A stretch of DNA of 63,998 bases, filler included, from Candidatus Babelota bacterium (GTDB taxonomy: Bacteria; JAGOBX01): NCBI GenBank assembly GCA_017999075.1. It is 9 parts of 9 records of this genome, joined end to end, with 100 filler letters (N's around TTAATTAATTAA, not from the genome) between each part and the next. Parts side by side here need not be neighbours in the genome. Positions count along the whole stretch, not along the records: positions 60,211 to 63,998 come from JAGOBX010000406.1; 8 more parts are not named here. The stretch is one strand, 5' to 3'. A program made the position numbers and the translations under genes. This document shows positions 61,554 to 63,998 of the stretch, in pieces. Within the stretch, counting starts at the first letter, position 1; every line of letters begins with the position of its first letter. The notes beneath the pieces are model-generated. The model saw only the letters and a list, made by a program, of their open reading frames with translations. It had not been told where the DNA came from and made no database searches.

Positions 61554-63458
61554 TTATAGATAATCCATTAAAGTCATGTCAAAAATTTGAGCATTGATTT
61601 TTAATGCTGCGTTTTGAACATTCTGCATTTGCTGGAGTTTAGTAATGACTTCAGTAAAATCCACTTCTTCGGAATTTCCTAAAAGTTCTTCATTATTTAT
61701 TTTTAATGTTCCAAGTCTGCCTTCTACTGTTTCAATGCGGTTGACTTTTGCTCCGACAGCAGAATCTCTCGCTATGATGTTATCAAGAGCGCTGTCTATA
61801 TATCCTATGTCTGCGCCGTTTAAATCAGTAACATTGCTGTTTAACAGATCATCGCGCAATTTTATTAAAACATCGAATATAGAACGCTTTTCTACTTGAG
61901 CTGCAGCTGTAACATTATTAGGAGATTTTTGATTTACGTTTCCTGTTATAACTCCTGCATCCCTCAGAAAATGAGCGTCTTTAACATCTTCAAGATAAAT
62001 CTGATGATTGTTTTCACTTGTCAACGTGAGTTTATAATAATTTGTAACATTAGCTGATTCAATGTTTAATTTGACATCTCCGGATTTGGTTAAAAAACCT
62101 AATTTAGACATAACATCAGATGTCAGAGAAGCATCATTAAGCGAATCGCGTATTGTCAGGTTGTTCAATGGAGTTCCAGTTAAAATTATCTGGTTGGTTC
62201 CAAAATCATAAGATGCAGAAACATCTACCGGAGCCGCTGTATTTATGGCATTAACTATATCTTCTACAGAAGCGTTATCAGCTATTGTTATTTCAACTCC
62301 GTTGATTTCAAATGTTCCTCCTTTAATATCTGTTGGAGCATTGCTTGCTGAAAAACTTCTTGATGACGTAATTTTGTTATAGTCAACAAGCCCTAAATCG
62401 TTAAGTATGGTCTGAATGCCTGATTCTTTTGAAAATCCGAACTCTACTCCGCCGTCTAAAATAAGGTTATTGTTTTGACCTATACTTGCTGATACTCCTG
62501 TGGATGATGTTAAAGAATTGATTTTTGTAACTACGTCAGACATTGAATCAGATGCTACAATGGAAAGCTCTCTTCCGTTTATTTTGAATGTTCCGGAAAA
62601 TCCGAGAGCTGAAGTAGAATCTGCAAATGTTGCTGCTCCTGTTAACTGTCCTTCTATATTTGCGTCAACGCCTATATCTTTTGAATTTATAAGGTTTTTA
62701 ATATCAAGCAGTGAATCTTTGTCAGTATCAAAATAAAACTGCTCATCGTTTATTTTAAAATAACCGCGGGAACCTCCTGAAACTCCGTTAAGCTCGCTTA
62801 ATACCTGAGAAGCAGAAGATGCTGTGGCAGGAATCTGAATTTTATTAGGAGTAGCCATAAACACTTCATTTCCATTTTCATTTATTTTAATTAAAGTATT
62901 AGTTTCTATTTCCCTGTAAACAGGTTTGTAATCACCAGTATATTCGACTTCGGTAATTACGTCTTTCATTACCCCTTCAGAGTCCTGACTTGTTCCTCGC
63001 GTTACTTTAAATGGTTTCTGGTTGAATGGGTCATCGAGAATTTCAGTTCCGCCGAATAGAAAACTTCCGCCTATGGTTGAATTTGCTTCTTCTACAAGAG
63101 TTTCGAGAATCTGGTTTATTTCTTCTGCAACTAATTCTCTGTCTTTATCAGTATAAGTATCGTTCGCAGCCTGAACAGTTAATACTCTGGCGCGCTGAAG
63201 ACTTTCTTTAGTTTGCCCTAAAACAGAATCCATTGTGTTCAACCAGCTTTTAGCATCTGTAATATTCGTGAGATATTGATCTATTTTCAAGCCTTCGCTT
63301 TTATATTTCATTTGGTTCACAGTATCTATAGGACTGTCTGAAGAATATCGAACCTTCTTTAATGTTGATCCTTGATATGTAAGTTTGTCAAGTTCTCTGT
63401 AATTTTTGTTTATATTAAGTATTCCTGTGTTATGCAACATAAATGAAGTTACGCGCAT
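61554..63458 (-). CDS. flgL: Flagellar hook-associated protein 3 (extended)
   Basis: MRVT start, flagellin-N and -C domains, FLFGG, directly downstream of flgK. Confidence 0.9.
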   Translation of the reverse strand: MRVTSFMLHNTGILNINKNYRELDKLTYQGSTLKKVRYSSDSPIDTVNQMKYKSEGLKIDQYLTNITDAKSWLNTMDSVLGQTKESLQRARVLTVQAANDTYTDKDRELVAEEINQILETLVEEANSTIGGSFLFGGTEILDDPFNQKPFKVTRGTSQDSEGVMKDVITEVEYTGDYKPVYREIETNTLIKINENGNEVFMATPNKIQIPATASSASQVLSELNGVSGGSRGYFKINDEQFYFDTDKDSLLDIKNLINSKDIGVDANIEGQLTGAATFADSTSALGFSGTFKINGRELSIVASDSMSDVVTKINSLTSSTGVSASIGQNNNLILDGGVEFGFSKESGIQTILNDLGLVDYNKITSSRSFSASNAPTDIKGGTFEINGVEITIADNASVEDIVNAINTAAPVDVSASYDFGTNQIILTGTPLNNLTIRDSLNDASLTSDVMSKLGFLTKSGDVKLNIESANVTNYYKLTLTSENNHQIYLEDVKDAHFLRDAGVITGNVNQKSPNNVTAAAQVEKRSIFDVLIKLRDDLLNSNVTDLNGADIGYIDSALDNIIARDSAVGAKVNRIETVEGRLGTLKINNEELLGNSEEVDFTEVITKLQQMQNVQNAALKINAQIFDMTLMDYL

Positions 63459-63476
63459 TGAATATCCTCCTTAAAA

Positions 63477-63998
63477 TTATCTCGCTAATCCCATTAAAAC
63501 ATTAAGCATTTCATCTAAAGTATTTATAAATTTTGCGCAAGCCTGGTATCCCTGCTGAAATTTTATCATATTAGAAAATTCTTCATCAAGAGATACTCCT
63601 GAAACAGATTGCTGTAAATTTTTTAAATTTGTAATTAATGCTTCTTTTGTTTCGGCATTTGTATTAGCTGTTTTTGTTTCAACAGCAATTTTTGATACTA
63701 AACTGCTGAAATAATCGTTGAAAGTAGTGGTTCTGCTGTTTAAATAAGGCGTATATTTTAGATTTGCAAGTTTTAAACAGTTGGTGTTGTCTCCTGGACC
63801 ATTTGAAACGTCAGATATACCGTCAAGGTTTGTGTCAACTCCACCGATAGTGGCGAGTTTGTTTATATCATTTTGTACTTCTTTTGAAACGCTGAATGCA
63901 AATGCTGCATTCTCTATAGGTTCGCGCATTATATTGTTTGTAATAATATTGGCTTCGTCCGTAACTCCGCCGAAATAACCCTGACCTTTGGATAAAAT
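63477..63998 (-). CDS. flgK: Flagellar hook-associated protein 1, C-terminal part
   Basis: GDNTN, SVSGVSLDEEFSNMIKFQQGYQA. Confidence 0.92.
   Translation of the reverse strand: MLSKGQGYFGGVTDEANIITNNIMREPIENAAFAFSVSKEVQNDINKLATIGGVDTNLDGISDVSNGPGDNTNCLKLANLKYTPYLNSRTTTFNDYFSSLVSKIAVETKTANTNAETKEALITNLKNLQQSVSGVSLDEEFSNMIKFQQGYQACAKFINTLDEMLNVLMGLAR

Noticed and set aside
3116-63978. Numerous 60-150-aa antisense or overlapping ORFs in the track (e.g. 3116-3385, 38588-38959, 47329-47772, 55631-55966)
   Set aside because: Shadows of well-supported genes on the opposite strand or in another frame

Overview
AT-rich (roughly 70% A+T by eye) bacterial draft or MAG sequence made of nine contigs joined by eight artificial 100-nt linkers (N44-TTAATTAATTAA-N44), so adjacency across linkers means nothing. 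Contig 1 (1-24673) opens with a vapBC toxin-antitoxin pair that looks like an integron-type gene cassette (GTTATGC...GCATAAC cores plus an attC-like hairpin). It lies between two ~95% identical IS91-like transposase tails. Next come an ABC/LolA-like/outer-membrane export operon converging on a B12-radical-SAM plus GNAT pair, a nine-gene minus-strand operon (HD hydrolase to an EF-P with an atypical tip loop) under a highly structured ~340-nt leader, and housekeeping genes (tyrS, budA-like, rsmI, LMW-PTP, gcvT). The ~5-kb contigs carry a giant GH57-like/FN3/CBM20 enzyme, a GAF kinase with panB and a TrmH, Asp23/AmaP/NfeD, a giant secreted PLD-LTD-FN3 protein, DUF1538 with a triple P-II-like protein, DUF362/aldolase/nth/U32, a partner-switching module and flgK/flgL. 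Intergenic DNA holds a CHAT pseudogene, IS fragments and small repeats. No rRNA, tRNA or CRISPR array was recognised. All family calls come from reading motifs by eye, not from database searches.
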